A stretch of 64,000 nt of DNA from Nitrosopumilus sp. (GTDB lineage Archaea > Thermoproteota > Nitrososphaeria > Nitrososphaerales > Nitrosopumilaceae). Both the position numbers and the translations under genes were made by a program. Below, piece after piece: positions 52,801-62,865 of this stretch; the first letter of the stretch is position 1; every line of letters starts with the position of its first letter. The notes under the pieces were generated by a model, which worked only from the letters and a program-made list of their open reading frames with translations, was not told where the DNA came from and made no database searches. The stretch lies in assembly GCA_965214775.1 (NCBI GenBank), contig OZ243974.1, forward strand, positions 1,600,001 through 1,664,000, written 5' to 3'.

Positions 52801-55800
52801 GCTTGGAGCTTGAAACCCCCCAGGCCGTGGCCGTATTCACGATAGGCAGCAACACCTACGCCGCAGTGGCCTCCTACCAGGACAATGCCCTCCAGATCGT
52901 GGACATCACAAACCCGGCCGCCCCGATGGCCACCGGGAATTTGAAAGATGGAGGCTCCGCGCGGCTTGACGGTCCACGTGACGTGGAAATCTTCACGATA
53001 GGTAGCAACACCTACGCCGCGGTCGCCTCCTCTGCGGACAACGCCCTCCAGATTGTGGATGTCACCAACCCTGCCGATCCGACTCCAGCCGGGAGGCTGA
53101 GCGATACGGGCTCCCGAGAGCTTGGCGGCCCCCGCGGTGTGGAAATCTTCACGATATGCAGCAACACCTACGCCGCAGTCGCCGCCTACAAAGACCACGG
53201 CCTCCAGATCGTGGATGTCACCGATCCTACCGATCTGATGCCCACCGGCAAACTGGAAGATAGCAACTCCCGGAATCTTCAGAGCCCCCGCGGCGTGGCC
53301 GTCTTCACCACAGGTAGCAATATCTACGCCGCAGTGGCCTCCTTTCACGACGACGGCCTCCAGATTGTAGACGTCACCGATCCGACCGATCCGATTGCCG
53401 TCGGGAGGCTGAGCGATACGGGCTCCCGGGAGCTTGGCGGCGCCAGCGCAGTGACCACCTTCACCATAGGTAGTAGCACCTATGCCGCAGTTGCATCCAC
53501 CTCAGATAACGGACTCCAGCTAGCGAGACTGGGCGCGGAGGCAGGGACTCTTCCCAACTGTGTCCCCATCCTGGATGCAATAGGCAACCAGACCGCAACG
53601 CCGGGAATACAGCTGACCATAACGCCTACGGTAACTGACGCCGACACAACTGACACGCACACGTATTCCATAACACGTGGCACGCTGCCGGCAGCTGCCG
53701 TATTCAATACCTCTGACGGCACCCTCGTCTGGACGCCGGTTCAGGGTGATGTCGGACAGACTCACACGGTCACCATAACCGTTGATGACGGCCGCGGCGG
53801 CACCGACTCGGAGACCTTTGATATAGCCGTGGCCAACGAGGGTACCATTCCTCCCAACAGTTCGCCGGTGGCACCTAACGAGACGGCAACCACCGTAGAG
53901 GACACATCCGTTATCATAACACCTGCCATATCGGATCCGGACACATCGGATACCCCTGTAATATCGGCAGTAGAGAACCCGCCAAACGGGACTGTAACCT
54001 ATGATGATACTGCCATAATCTACATTCCCGACCAGGACTATGTGGGTACGGACACCTTTGGATATACGGTATCTGATGGAACTGACACGGCGCAGGGTAC
54101 CATAGTGATAACCGTAACGCGCGACAACAACGATCCCGTCCTAGATACAATAGGCGACCAGAACGTGACGGTGGACACACAGCTGACAATAACGCCCACG
54201 GTAACTGACGCCGACACAACTGACACGCACACTTATTCGATATCGCGCGGCACGCTGCCGGCAGCTGCCGTATTCAATACCTCTGACGGTACCCTCGTCT
54301 GGACGCCGGTTCAGGGTGATATAGGGCAGACCCACACGGTTACAATAACCGTTGATGACGGCCGCGGCGGCACCGACTCGCAAACCTTTGACATAGTAGC
54401 TTCTCCAGATCCGATCGTGATGACAATAGGCGCGCTTGTGCCGCAGACCGGACGCAGTGACGATGCCGGGGCACACAGGACGTTTGCCACCGAGCAGGCC
54501 GTAGAGGACTTTAACAGGTACCTGGACGAAAAAAGCGCGACATGGAGGCTTGAGGTGGACATAAGGGACACAGGAGCAAACCCAGCCGGCTCGACGGAGC
54601 AGGCAAGACTGCTGTATGATGACGGCGTCAGGATAATCTCGGGGCCGTCTGCAAGCTCCGGCGTAAGCGCAATCAAGGCAAACGTGACTGCAGACGGCAT
54701 AGATGACATGATGCTCGTAAGCTGTTGCTCCACGTCTCCTGCACTTGCCCAGGACGACAACATATTCCGCCTGGCTCCAGATGACAGCGTACACGGGGTG
54801 GTGATTGCCGACCTCATGTATCGTGACGGAAAAGAGGTCATGATACCCGTATGGATAAACGACACGTTCGGACACGGACTGCATGACAGCACGGCAGCCG
54901 CCTTTGAGCGCCTCGGGGGAGCTGTATATGATGATGTGGGAACCTACCAGCCGTGCGGGGACATGTGTGCAAATAACGAGTTTACAGATCTGGTCAGCAA
55001 TCTGAATGCCACCGTATCTGAGCACGCCGGACGGGTGGGTGCAGACAAGATCTTTGTGTTTTTCATAGGCTTTGCCGAGACCGATGACGTCGTCCGGGAG
55101 GCTGCAAACTACCCGATACTGCGCACCGTGCAATGGGTCGGCTCTGATGCAAACGTCAACTCCAGCTCGCTTACAGGCGATCCGGTAATAGCAGAGTTCC
55201 TTGATGATGCCAACTTTAGGACGTGCATCTTTGCAGAGGATCCGACCAGCCAGACCTACCAAAGCCTGCAGGCAAGGTTTGAGCAGGAGTTCGACTCGCC
55301 GCCAAACGTGTATGCGTACTCTACATATGACACGATCTGGGTAATCGGCCTTGCCATGGAGGAGGCGATGGCGCCTGACGGCAGTATTGACATCGGCAGC
55401 CTGGCCGGCAACATAGGAGGAATCGTGTCGGATTATTCGGGGGCACTAGGAGATATCAAGCTAAACGCCAACGGCGACCTGAGCGAGACCAGCTATGCAG
55501 TGCACGGGATAGAAAACAGGATGTGGACCAAGATAGGAACGTACGTACCGGGTACCGGACTGGTCCGCGAGATAACGATGGGCGCCCTGATTCCGCAGAC
55601 GGGGCCCCTAGGTGATCTGCTGGGCCCGCACCATACGTTTGCTGCCGAGGCCGCCGTCTCTGACCTCAATGTCTACCTTGCAAGTATAGGCGCGGACTGG
55701 CGCGCCGCCCTTGACATAAGGGATACCGAGGATGCCGGCGTGCAGGCTGAGATCCAGTCATTTGATGCTGACGGTGTCAGGCTGATCACAGGACCCGTCC

Positions 55801-58043
55801 GGAGCTCCGAGCTGGATGCCATAAGACCATATGCGGATTCCAATGATATGATACTCATCAGCTGCTGTTCTACGGCGCCCTCCCTTGCAATCCCAGACGA
55901 CAACGTCTTCCGTCTGGCCCCTGACGACTCGCAGCACGGGCCGGTGATTGCCGACCTGTTAAGGGAAGACGGAAAGGACGTCATGGTGGCAGTATGGCGC
56001 GACGACATCTGGGGTATAGGCCTCAAGAATTCTACGGTGGCAGCATTCGAGGAGTTTGGGGGCATTACCAATGTTACGGTGGGCAGCTACGACCCCGATG
56101 ATCCAAACCTAGATGCCGTCTTTGAGACACTGGCCGGACAGCTTGCCGCCACCGTCTCAGAATATGTGGAGGATGTGGGGGCAGACCATGTGTCTGTTCT
56201 GTTTATAGGGCAGGACGAGATGCCCGGATTCGTGACCAGGGCAGCAGATCACCCTGTGCTGAGAACGGTACAGTGGATAGGCTCTGATGCCTCGGTTCTT
56301 GATGATGCGCTTGTAGATGATCCCAAGATATTCGAGTTCCTAAGGGATGCCAACTTCCGGGCGTGCGTCTTTGAAGAGAACTCTGGCAGTGACCAGTACC
56401 GTTTACTGACTGCCAGAATACACGACGAGTTTGACGGCGACATGCCTGCAGTATACACGTACGGCATGTATGATACCATCTGGGTTCTGGGCCTGGCCCT
56501 TGAGCAGGCCGGAAGTGATGCCGAGTTTGCGGCAATAAAGGACGCCGTCCCTCAGGCTGCATCCGGGTATGTCGGGGCCCTCGGCGACATTGAACTAAAC
56601 GAGGCAGGCGACCTGGACAAGTCCGAGTATGCCGTATGGGGAATAGAGGACTCGGGCTGGATCCCGATGGGCACGTACTCGCCGCACACACCACCGGCCT
56701 TTGAATCGGCAACACTCAACGAGGAGACGGGTGCCATGGCCATAACCTTCAGCAAGAGCGTAGACGTATCTGCTACCAACCTGACTCTGATGCATGTCAG
56801 CGATGTAAACCAGGTAGACACAGTCTCGCTGAGGGGCGCCATACTTGAGTTTGCATCTGCATACGTCAAGACTCTTTCACTTACCCTAGTAGATTCCCAG
56901 ATACAGCAGGTGATCCCGATGGATACGCCGCAGCTTGATATTGCCGCCGGCGCCGTATCGGATCTGCGCGGCAACTTGATAGGAGACGCACCGGACAAAC
57001 CGATCACAGTAACGGTGCGCGTACCGACAGATGATGGTGACGGCGATGATGATGATGATGGCAGTACCGGATCAACATCGTCTGCAGGCCGCGGCGGAGG
57101 CGGCGGCGGAGGCAGCAGGGGCGGAGGCAGCAGCAGCAGCAGCAGCAGTAACGTCATTCACTCCTCAGACGGCCTAGGTTCTGCATACATTGCGTCCATA
57201 TCGTGGGACTGCACCGCCGGACTCGTAACGATATCTGCCGGACCTCCCTCAGACGCTCTCTGGATTTCGGTGCGCACCGCCGAGAGTGGCGTCGTCAGGG
57301 CTGTGGAGACAGATGATCAGACGCCCGAGGGATTGGGAGTGTTTACGGCACCGATGCGCGAGAACGAGACGTACATCAGCGTCAGCGCAGTCATGCCCTA
57401 TGAAAGGAGCCTTTCCTCTGACTCCCAGTCGATAAGCGTGGATTCCTGCATCGGCGAGCGCACCTATGACATTCCGATGTCCATGCCGGCCGATACCGAC
57501 GGAGTAGCAATGGTCCAACCAGGAGATGGGATCGTCAGACCGCCGGTGACAAAAGAGACCGACAACATGGCACAGCAACCTGACAACATGGCACAGCAAC
57601 CTGACAACATGGAACAGCAACCACAACCACAACCAGAACCCGTACCAGAGCCCGTGCAAGAGTCCGGCGGCGCATGCCTGATAGCCACTGCCGCATACGG
57701 CACCGAGCTGGCACCGCAAGTACAGGCACTCAGGGAGGTACGTGACGGCACGCTGCTCTCAACTGACTCGGGGACATCCTTTATGGTCGGATTTAATTCC
57801 ATATACTATTCGTTCTCGCCTGCGATAGCAGACCTAGAGCGCCAGAATCCTGTACTGCGCGAGGTCGTAAGGATTGCCATCACCCCAATGATCTCAACGC
57901 TTTCGATAATGTCGCTTGCAGAGGAGGGATCCGAGTCATCCGTACTGGCGCTGGGAGCCTCAGTCATTGCACTTAATATCGGCATGTATGTGGCAGCCCC
58001 TGCGGCCGCCGTCATTGTAGCCACAAGGCGACTGCGGATCTAA
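49890..58043 (+). CDS. Giant surface protein: LVIVD-like repeats, cadherin/Ig-like domains, two type-I periplasmic-binding (LivJ-like) domains and a CFI-box-CTERM anchor
   Basis: Signal peptide; repeated VFTIGSNTYAAV...GLQIVDVTDP; three TVTITVDDGRGG domains; two GAL-x-PQTG...SCCST.PALA...FRLAPDD domains; GGACLIATAAYGTELAPQVQ plus TM. Confidence 0.9.
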   Translation: MYLVLIAVVLGLAAAGMQDAYAQQFPIEITATGMLSDSQSRELDGARSVDVFTIGSNTYAVVASFRDDGIQIVNVNDPTSPEAVGRLEERGSRELDGAYDVAVFMIGSNTYAAVVSLDDDGLQIVDVSNPARPTAAGHLADTEGSDELFLDNARSVDVFTIGSNTYAAVVSSVDDGLQIVDVSNPSNPTGVGRLADSGSILLDAPYGIDVFTIGSNTYAAVTSFGDAGLQLVDISDPVNPRSAGKVEDNSNLLLANAHEVAVFTIDNRIYAAVTSESENGLQLVDVTDPASPTPVANLGDDSSTLLRGAYGVDIFTIGDNTYAAVASNDEKGLQLVDVTDPANPTPVANLGDGGSKKLTQARGVDIFTIGGNTYAAVASFGENGLQLAEIRQIPASPDNLIPYGSLPDGTSLLLEKSRSVDTFEIGGSTYAIAVSSSESGTQIVDVTNPAAPTATGNLADNTTRLLEGARGVKVFTAGSNTYAVVTAHGDDGVEVIDVTSPASPASVGRLADDGSRLLDGATAVTTFGIGTDIYAAVTSQHDGGLQIIDITNPASPAEAGNLADNTTRLLGDTSAVDTFEIGGSTYAVVASWADDGLQIVDVTDPDNPAAAGMLADDNDLLLRGIRDMAVFETGGSTYAAVASWADDGLQIVDITDPDNPAAAGKLADDNDLLLDGASGVEIFRTDMKVYAAVASQTDDGLQIVDITDPDNPLGAGLVGDGPLYSLDAARDLAVFMIGSNTYTVVASDTEGLQTVKLTEAHNNAPVLGTIGDQTAAPDIQLVITPTVTDADSTDTHTYLISRGTLPAAAVFDTADGSIVWTPVQGDVGQTHTVTITVDDGRGGTDSETFDIVVGELVAVGSLGDDTNLLLGGAHDVDTFTIGQNTYAVVVAETDDGIQIVDVTNPASPVAVGHLSDDTNILLDGPRGVDISVIGGNTYAIVATYFESALQIVNVTDPTDPVAAGSLKDTNSLELETPQAVAVFTIGSNTYAAVASYQDNALQIVDITNPAAPMATGNLKDGGSARLDGPRDVEIFTIGSNTYAAVASSADNALQIVDVTNPADPTPAGRLSDTGSRELGGPRGVEIFTICSNTYAAVAAYKDHGLQIVDVTDPTDLMPTGKLEDSNSRNLQSPRGVAVFTTGSNIYAAVASFHDDGLQIVDVTDPTDPIAVGRLSDTGSRELGGASAVTTFTIGSSTYAAVASTSDNGLQLARLGAEAGTLPNCVPILDAIGNQTATPGIQLTITPTVTDADTTDTHTYSITRGTLPAAAVFNTSDGTLVWTPVQGDVGQTHTVTITVDDGRGGTDSETFDIAVANEGTIPPNSSPVAPNETATTVEDTSVIITPAISDPDTSDTPVISAVENPPNGTVTYDDTAIIYIPDQDYVGTDTFGYTVSDGTDTAQGTIVITVTRDNNDPVLDTIGDQNVTVDTQLTITPTVTDADTTDTHTYSISRGTLPAAAVFNTSDGTLVWTPVQGDIGQTHTVTITVDDGRGGTDSQTFDIVASPDPIVMTIGALVPQTGRSDDAGAHRTFATEQAVEDFNRYLDEKSATWRLEVDIRDTGANPAGSTEQARLLYDDGVRIISGPSASSGVSAIKANVTADGIDDMMLVSCCSTSPALAQDDNIFRLAPDDSVHGVVIADLMYRDGKEVMIPVWINDTFGHGLHDSTAAAFERLGGAVYDDVGTYQPCGDMCANNEFTDLVSNLNATVSEHAGRVGADKIFVFFIGFAETDDVVREAANYPILRTVQWVGSDANVNSSSLTGDPVIAEFLDDANFRTCIFAEDPTSQTYQSLQARFEQEFDSPPNVYAYSTYDTIWVIGLAMEEAMAPDGSIDIGSLAGNIGGIVSDYSGALGDIKLNANGDLSETSYAVHGIENRMWTKIGTYVPGTGLVREITMGALIPQTGPLGDLLGPHHTFAAEAAVSDLNVYLASIGADWRAALDIRDTEDAGVQAEIQSFDADGVRLITGPVRSSELDAIRPYADSNDMILISCCSTAPSLAIPDDNVFRLAPDDSQHGPVIADLLREDGKDVMVAVWRDDIWGIGLKNSTVAAFEEFGGITNVTVGSYDPDDPNLDAVFETLAGQLAATVSEYVEDVGADHVSVLFIGQDEMPGFVTRAADHPVLRTVQWIGSDASVLDDALVDDPKIFEFLRDANFRACVFEENSGSDQYRLLTARIHDEFDGDMPAVYTYGMYDTIWVLGLALEQAGSDAEFAAIKDAVPQAASGYVGALGDIELNEAGDLDKSEYAVWGIEDSGWIPMGTYSPHTPPAFESATLNEETGAMAITFSKSVDVSATNLTLMHVSDVNQVDTVSLRGAILEFASAYVKTLSLTLVDSQIQQVIPMDTPQLDIAAGAVSDLRGNLIGDAPDKPITVTVRVPTDDGDGDDDDDGSTGSTSSAGRGGGGGGGSRGGGSSSSSSSNVIHSSDGLGSAYIASISWDCTAGLVTISAGPPSDALWISVRTAESGVVRAVETDDQTPEGLGVFTAPMRENETYISVSAVMPYERSLSSDSQSISVDSCIGERTYDIPMSMPADTDGVAMVQPGDGIVRPPVTKETDNMAQQPDNMAQQPDNMEQQPQPQPEPVPEPVQESGGACLIATAAYGTELAPQVQALREVRDGTLLSTDSGTSFMVGFNSIYYSFSPAIADLERQNPVLREVVRIAITPMISTLSIMSLAEEGSESSVLALGASVIALNIGMYVAAPAAAVIVATRRLRI

Positions 58044-58186
58044 AGCCACGATAACCCAAGGCACCCCTTGCTATGCCGCCTCCGTAGAGAGATGATCTGA
58101 AATTAGAAATCATACAACAGATAAGTGAATTAGGCGACAACCTCCAAATTACCCACAAAATCACATCTCACAATCACGATTCTGGA

Positions 58187-58279
58187 GTATGAGGTCACCT
58201 GCCCCTATCAATCAGGCATGAATTGGCATGTACAATTATGATTTTCGCGCCTAGCTAGCAAGGGGACGTGACCTCATAC
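58187..58279. mobile_element. MITE family C, copy 2 (93 bp, 8-bp TSD)
   Basis: GTATGAGGTCAC/GTGACCTCATAC TIR; ATTCTGGA on both sides. Confidence 0.85.
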
Positions 58280-58453
58280 ATTCTGGACAATGACGAGAAC
58301 CAGCCGAGTGAAAAGTAAATGAGGTTTGTTGTTTGTCCTGATATTGGGGCATCGTGTCTCCTGCCCATCTTCTGTTTTTACTCGATTTTTTGGTACTTTT
58401 CACTTATCTGAGGGCACAGAATCAGTTAAAAGAAACTCAAGTGAGTCATCATC

Positions 58454-58585
58454 ATGAAAGCCAGATTTAATGGAAAATGTGTAGAATGTGGCGAGGTAAT
58501 CAAAGTAGGAAGAGAGATCGTTAAAAATTCTCAAGAAAAATGGGTTCACAAAGCCTGCTCAGACATTGAAGAAGAACTCCCTTGA
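58454..58585 (+). CDS. Small zinc-ribbon protein (43 aa)
   Basis: Manual translation MKARFNGKCVECG...WVHKAC. Confidence 0.7.
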   Translation: MKARFNGKCVECGEVIKVGREIVKNSQEKWVHKACSDIEEELP

Positions 58586-58650
58586 TTCGGTCAAACTCCA
58601 GAATGAATTAGTAACAAATCTTTTAAATTACTTTGAAAGACTTTCCGTAA

Positions 58651-59073
58651 ATGAACAAAAAATCTGGGATGGTTTTGACAGCATCAATTATGATGATTTT
58701 TGGGATGATGATGATTCCAGGAAACATTTCTGCTGCTGAAAATTCTATCGCCGTAACACCACTCAACGAAAAAGTCAGTCTGCAAAAGACAGTCACTACA
58801 ATGTCAGTTCCTTCAGACAACGCCCTGCCATGGGGAACAGTCAAAGGAGCAGCTTCTGATTATGTTGAGAGATATCCAGTAATCATCCAGTTCTATCAAA
58901 ACGAAGATCCAGTTCACTTTGCACAAGTAGACGTTAAAGGGGACGGATCTTACGAATACAAATTCAGGGTAGGCAGTTTGAATTACGAGACTGGAGAATT
59001 TGAAAATTTCTATGAAGGAGATTACACAGTAAAAATCTTCAGGGTAATTCCCAACACTAACACGCTGGTTTAG
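58651..59073 (+). CDS. Secreted hypothetical protein
   Basis: Signal peptide and beta-rich body. Confidence 0.75.
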   Translation: MNKKSGMVLTASIMMIFGMMMIPGNISAAENSIAVTPLNEKVSLQKTVTTMSVPSDNALPWGTVKGAASDYVERYPVIIQFYQNEDPVHFAQVDVKGDGSYEYKFRVGSLNYETGEFENFYEGDYTVKIFRVIPNTNTLV

Positions 59074-59099
59074 TAGTGGTGAATGCCAATCTTTCTTTG

Positions 59100-59345
59100 T
59101 TTTTGCACTACCTTGACATGCCGCAAATCCATCCAAGAATCTTTCAGCACTCCTATCGTGATTGGTGTCGGCTAGTTTTCCTGATTCATCAAAAGTCTCA
59201 TGAACTTTGTAAATAGGAATTGTGAAGGAATGGCTGGGGTATGTGCCCCTCTCGGCTAGAACTTGTCGTAAATGATTTCCGACAACCACCACACCACCAA
59301 AGGCACCAACGCAACAAGATACTACTGAAGAGGGTTTGAAGAAAT
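59100..59345 (-). pseudogene. NADPH-dependent FMN reductase C-terminal remnant
   Basis: YFFKP..GAFGG..HLRQVLAE..FDESGKL; truncated at a family-D MITE. Confidence 0.55.
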
Positions 59346-59714
59346 AGATCTTATTCGCAACCGGTGCAGAACAAAAAAATCAGACAGCTTTTACGTCATT
59401 TTCGGCAAATACGCATAACGGTCTAACGTCTGTTTTGGATGCCTTCACTTGCATATCTGCAGAATTATGCCCGATTCTGCTTCTAGCCTGCACTTTCAAA
59501 TCCAATCCAAGTCGATAAACATCACGTCCTGTTTTGTTTTGTGTTGTATGTGTACAAATCCGATCTTTTCATACCAACCAATCACATCATTGTCGGGATT
59601 AAGAATGAGCAATCGACAACCCACACTGTTTTGATATTTTTTTGCTTCTGCAATGACCCACTTGATCATTGCTTTTCCAACACCCAAACCCTCAAAATCC
59701 CTGTGTACTGCAAT

Positions 59715-61249
59715 AGACTTTATGCATAATCGGCCCATCTGATCTAAAAATACGACACAATAGATCATTATTTGCACACCAACAACCCTAAAGATCTGTA
59801 TGATTCCCTAACTGTATGGGCTCAAATGACAAGACTCTCCAAGCATTTCAAGCGTTACAAGCGCAACACGAGATGCTAGTCGAGCAACACGAGCAGGTAT
59901 CCAAGCAAAACAAACAGATGTCCAAGCAAAACGAGCGTATGAGGAAGCAGCTTGCGTTTGAGGACTCACTGTGGCAGTCCGAAGAAAACAAGACAAAAAG
60001 AGTCGTGCGCGGCGGGACGCCTCTGCGGATGCACGCAATCGAGGTTGCAGACGGCATAATCGGCGATCCGGTGCGCCTTTGCAACGTCACGGGATGCACA
60101 AAGGAGTCATTTACGATCATACTGGAGCGCTTTACGGAAGAAGTCATGGACGACGAGGACAGGCCCCTGTTCTGGGAGGACGACGTAAGAGGCGGCGATG
60201 CCGGAAACCGGTGCAAGCTGTACATCAGGCACGCGCTGCTTGCAGTACTCATGAGCATAAGGACCAAGGCAACGCAGCATCATCTGGCCGCAACGTTTGA
60301 CGTCGACCAGTCCACAATGTCCAGGTACCTCCGGTACGGTGCCGTGTTACTGCGCCGGCTCCTGCCTGCCTCCGAAAAGCTAACAAGCATCATCTGCAAG
60401 ACCCCGGCAGGCAAGCTGGAGGAGGTGCTGATCCCAAAAAAGACGCTCCTGATTGACGGTACCCTGACTCCGGTAGACAGGCCCGGGGACAGGACCGCAA
60501 GAAAGACCAGATACTCGGGAAGAAAAAAGCGGCACATGTTCAACACGATAATTACCTCGAACCTGGACGGCCTCATACTGCACTGCGGCAAGACTGTGGA
60601 CGGAAGCGTCAACGACAAGGGCGTGATGAACGCAGGGGGCGGCCCGGACTTTGGAAGGCACACCGGATCAATGAGGAATGCAAAAAACGCAGACGATCCG
60701 GAAGAGGCGTTTGTGATTTACAGCGACCTGGGATTTGAGGGCATTCAAAAGATGCTTCCGGGCGCCATACACAGGCAGCCCCCAAAGAAGCCCAGGGACG
60801 GGGATCTTACTGCAACGCAAAAGAGGCGCCGCAAGCAGATAAGCAGGGTTCGCGTCAGGGTGGAGCACCACATAGGGCGGCTCAAAAGATATGGCATTCT
60901 TACCATGCCGTTTGGCGGAACTGCCAAGGATCTAAACTATTTCATGCAGATAATCACGGGTCTTGAGAACCTCAAGACGATGTTGAAAAGGAAAAAATAC
61001 TATGGCCAGCTGCTGCAGCAGCTGCATCTGCTGCCAGACACATGACATACGGCGGTACGGACCGCCATTCTTTCTGACTTGTCAACGGGGCACATTGCCG
61101 TGCTGCATGGTTGCGCACGTTCTTTTGGCGCAACTGGCTTTTACGTGCGTCATGACACGAGATGCATGCGGTAATTTGATCCGATCAGCGCATTTGCGTT
61201 TGGAAAAGCCTACGGAATTTTTAATCACGGTCGATTACGCATAAAGTCT
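59715..61249 (+). mobile_element. IS5-family (ISL2/PIF-Harbinger-like, DDE_Tnp_4) element
   Basis: TIR AGACTTTATGCATAAT/ATTACGCATAAAGTCT; AAT target duplication. Confidence 0.92.
59816..61045 (+). CDS. Transposase (DDE_Tnp_4-type)
   Basis: LIDGT, YSGRKKRH, ND, SDLGF and RVRVEHHIGRLK motifs. Confidence 0.93.
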   Translation: MGSNDKTLQAFQALQAQHEMLVEQHEQVSKQNKQMSKQNERMRKQLAFEDSLWQSEENKTKRVVRGGTPLRMHAIEVADGIIGDPVRLCNVTGCTKESFTIILERFTEEVMDDEDRPLFWEDDVRGGDAGNRCKLYIRHALLAVLMSIRTKATQHHLAATFDVDQSTMSRYLRYGAVLLRRLLPASEKLTSIICKTPAGKLEEVLIPKKTLLIDGTLTPVDRPGDRTARKTRYSGRKKRHMFNTIITSNLDGLILHCGKTVDGSVNDKGVMNAGGGPDFGRHTGSMRNAKNADDPEEAFVIYSDLGFEGIQKMLPGAIHRQPPKKPRDGDLTATQKRRRKQISRVRVRVEHHIGRLKRYGILTMPFGGTAKDLNYFMQIITGLENLKTMLKRKKYYGQLLQQLHLLPDT

Positions 61250-61540
61250 AATCTGTCCTACCAACAATCCCGGTACGTTGGAATGGGGAAAAGGTTCTAG
61301 TTTGCCGTGTTCGCGTTTGCTCAGATATGCCATTGCAATCGTAATATAGCCGATCACATCCTTTTTCTTGTATACGAAAAGCCAGGTTTGGCCAATTTTT
61401 TTGGCTTGATCATCAAAAGCTCCTTTTTTCAAGTAATCTGCGTATCACTGCTTGCTACATTTAAAGCGATTCAGATCAAAACCGGTCTTGTCTAATCTAT
61501 GAACGTGTACGTCCTTTTGAAAATTAATTGAAGCGGGCAA

Positions 61541-61699
61541 TTAGACGCCGTCTGGCGGTCTGATTACCTTGATCTTCTTGCTGTCCTCTATGGCTTCTTT
61601 GATAAGCTGCCTTTGTTCAAGTGTGGGTTCTTTGTTTAATGTATCGACCAGCACCTTCCACTGATCATCATCTAACGGTTCTACTTCTCTCAGGGTCAT
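61541..61699 (-). CDS. Putative antitoxin partner of the GNAT gene (52 aa)
   Basis: Manual translation MTLREVEPLDDDQWKVLVDTLNKEPT...; its stop abuts the GNAT TTG start. Confidence 0.55.
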   Translation of the reverse strand: MTLREVEPLDDDQWKVLVDTLNKEPTLEQRQLIKEAIEDSKKIKVIRPPDGV

Positions 61700-61744
61700 A
61701 TGAGATTAAGTACACATCATGCGTATCAAGTTTACGAAAACAGT

Positions 61745-61882
61745 TAGTCTGTTGCATAACCCGATTTTTCTGCCTGAATTCGTCCCAAATGGTAAATCCT
61801 GATAAAAACCACAGTTGATTTCGGCTCTTTGTGATCGAAACCAGATGTTTTTTGACTGGACACGAAGTCATGCAACCGATTA
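61745..61882. mobile_element. MITE family E, copy 2 (inverted, diverged)
   Basis: TAGTCTGTTGCATAAC end; interior matches the reverse complement of 49569-49708. Confidence 0.8.
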
Positions 61883-62315
61883 TTGTATTCGGGAATTACG
61901 TGAACAACCATCAGCCTCGGAGATAATCTTGTGCCGGGATTGCAATTTTTCGTAGGAAGAATCCGTTTCCTTGTACGTCTTGTAGGTGCGCACAGTTGAA
62001 AACCGAATGTTTTTCTGTCGAAACAGGCACGATGTGTCAGAAATCATGTTAGATTTTTTGATGTGGACACTACAGGTGATGACAAGTCCGCCAATCCAGC
62101 AGGAATCAACAGGTGAGACCTTGTGATTTTCCCCTGCTAGTTCTTTACAACCCATTTTGCAGTTTTGATTTCATGTCTTTCCTGTATGACTGAGCCGGAA
62201 ACAACTGCGATTTTTGCCACTGGCCAGACATGGGAACTGGACATAAGGCACTCTTTCCAAATCTTGATCAAATTCCCAGAATTCATATATTGAATTATGG
62301 CCAAATGAGCTGATT

Positions 62316-62855
62316 ATGAGTAAGAATTTTTGGCATGACATTGAACCAGGAATTGATATTCCCGAAATCATCAATGTCATTGTGGAGATTCCAAAGGGCT
62401 CCATGAACAAATACGAATATGACAAAAAGCACAACCTGATGAAACTAGACAGGGTATTGTTCTCGCCATTTCACTATCCGGGAGATTATGGTATTGTTCC
62501 CCAGACATTATCTGATGACGGAGACCCGCTTGACGCCTTGGTTCTAGTTACAAACCCAACTTATCCTGGAATACTAATCGAGGCAAGGCCAATAGGATTG
62601 CTTCAGATGAAAGATGATGGGAAACTAGATGACAAAATCATTTGCGTATCAACTAATGATCCAAGATATCTTCATACGGCAGACATTGGAGACATTGAGG
62701 ACCACTATCGTTCTGAAATTGCCCACTTTTTCCAGGTGTATAAAGATCTTGAAGGAAAGAAGGTAGAGATCCTGGGATGGAAATCATCCAAGGAATCAAA
62801 AACGGTCATCATCGAATCAATCAAGAGGTACAAAAACACACTAAAAAAATTCTAA
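62316..62855 (+). CDS. ppa: Inorganic pyrophosphatase
   Basis: EIPKGS, LDRVL, YPGDYG and DGDPLD motifs. Confidence 0.97.
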   Translation: MSKNFWHDIEPGIDIPEIINVIVEIPKGSMNKYEYDKKHNLMKLDRVLFSPFHYPGDYGIVPQTLSDDGDPLDALVLVTNPTYPGILIEARPIGLLQMKDDGKLDDKIICVSTNDPRYLHTADIGDIEDHYRSEIAHFFQVYKDLEGKKVEILGWKSSKESKTVIIESIKRYKNTLKKF

Positions 62856-62865
62856 AATGCCCCTT

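Larger units (their letters stand above)
59496..61540 (-). pseudogene. GNAT acetyltransferase (TacT/AtaT-like toxin) interrupted by an IS and a nonsense codon
   Basis: N part ...VIGYITIA...VPGLLVGQ joins IAVHRDFEGLGVGK...GCRLLIL..WYEKIGF across the IS. Confidence 0.85.

Noticed and set aside
50712-55262. Long minus-strand ORFs (486, 361 and 373 aa)
   Set aside because: Shadow ORFs opposite the GC-rich repetitive giant gene.
49569-61882. Inverted MITE-E pair as a 12-kb composite transposon
   Set aside because: The copies are diverged, there is no outer target duplication, and the interval contains host-like genes.
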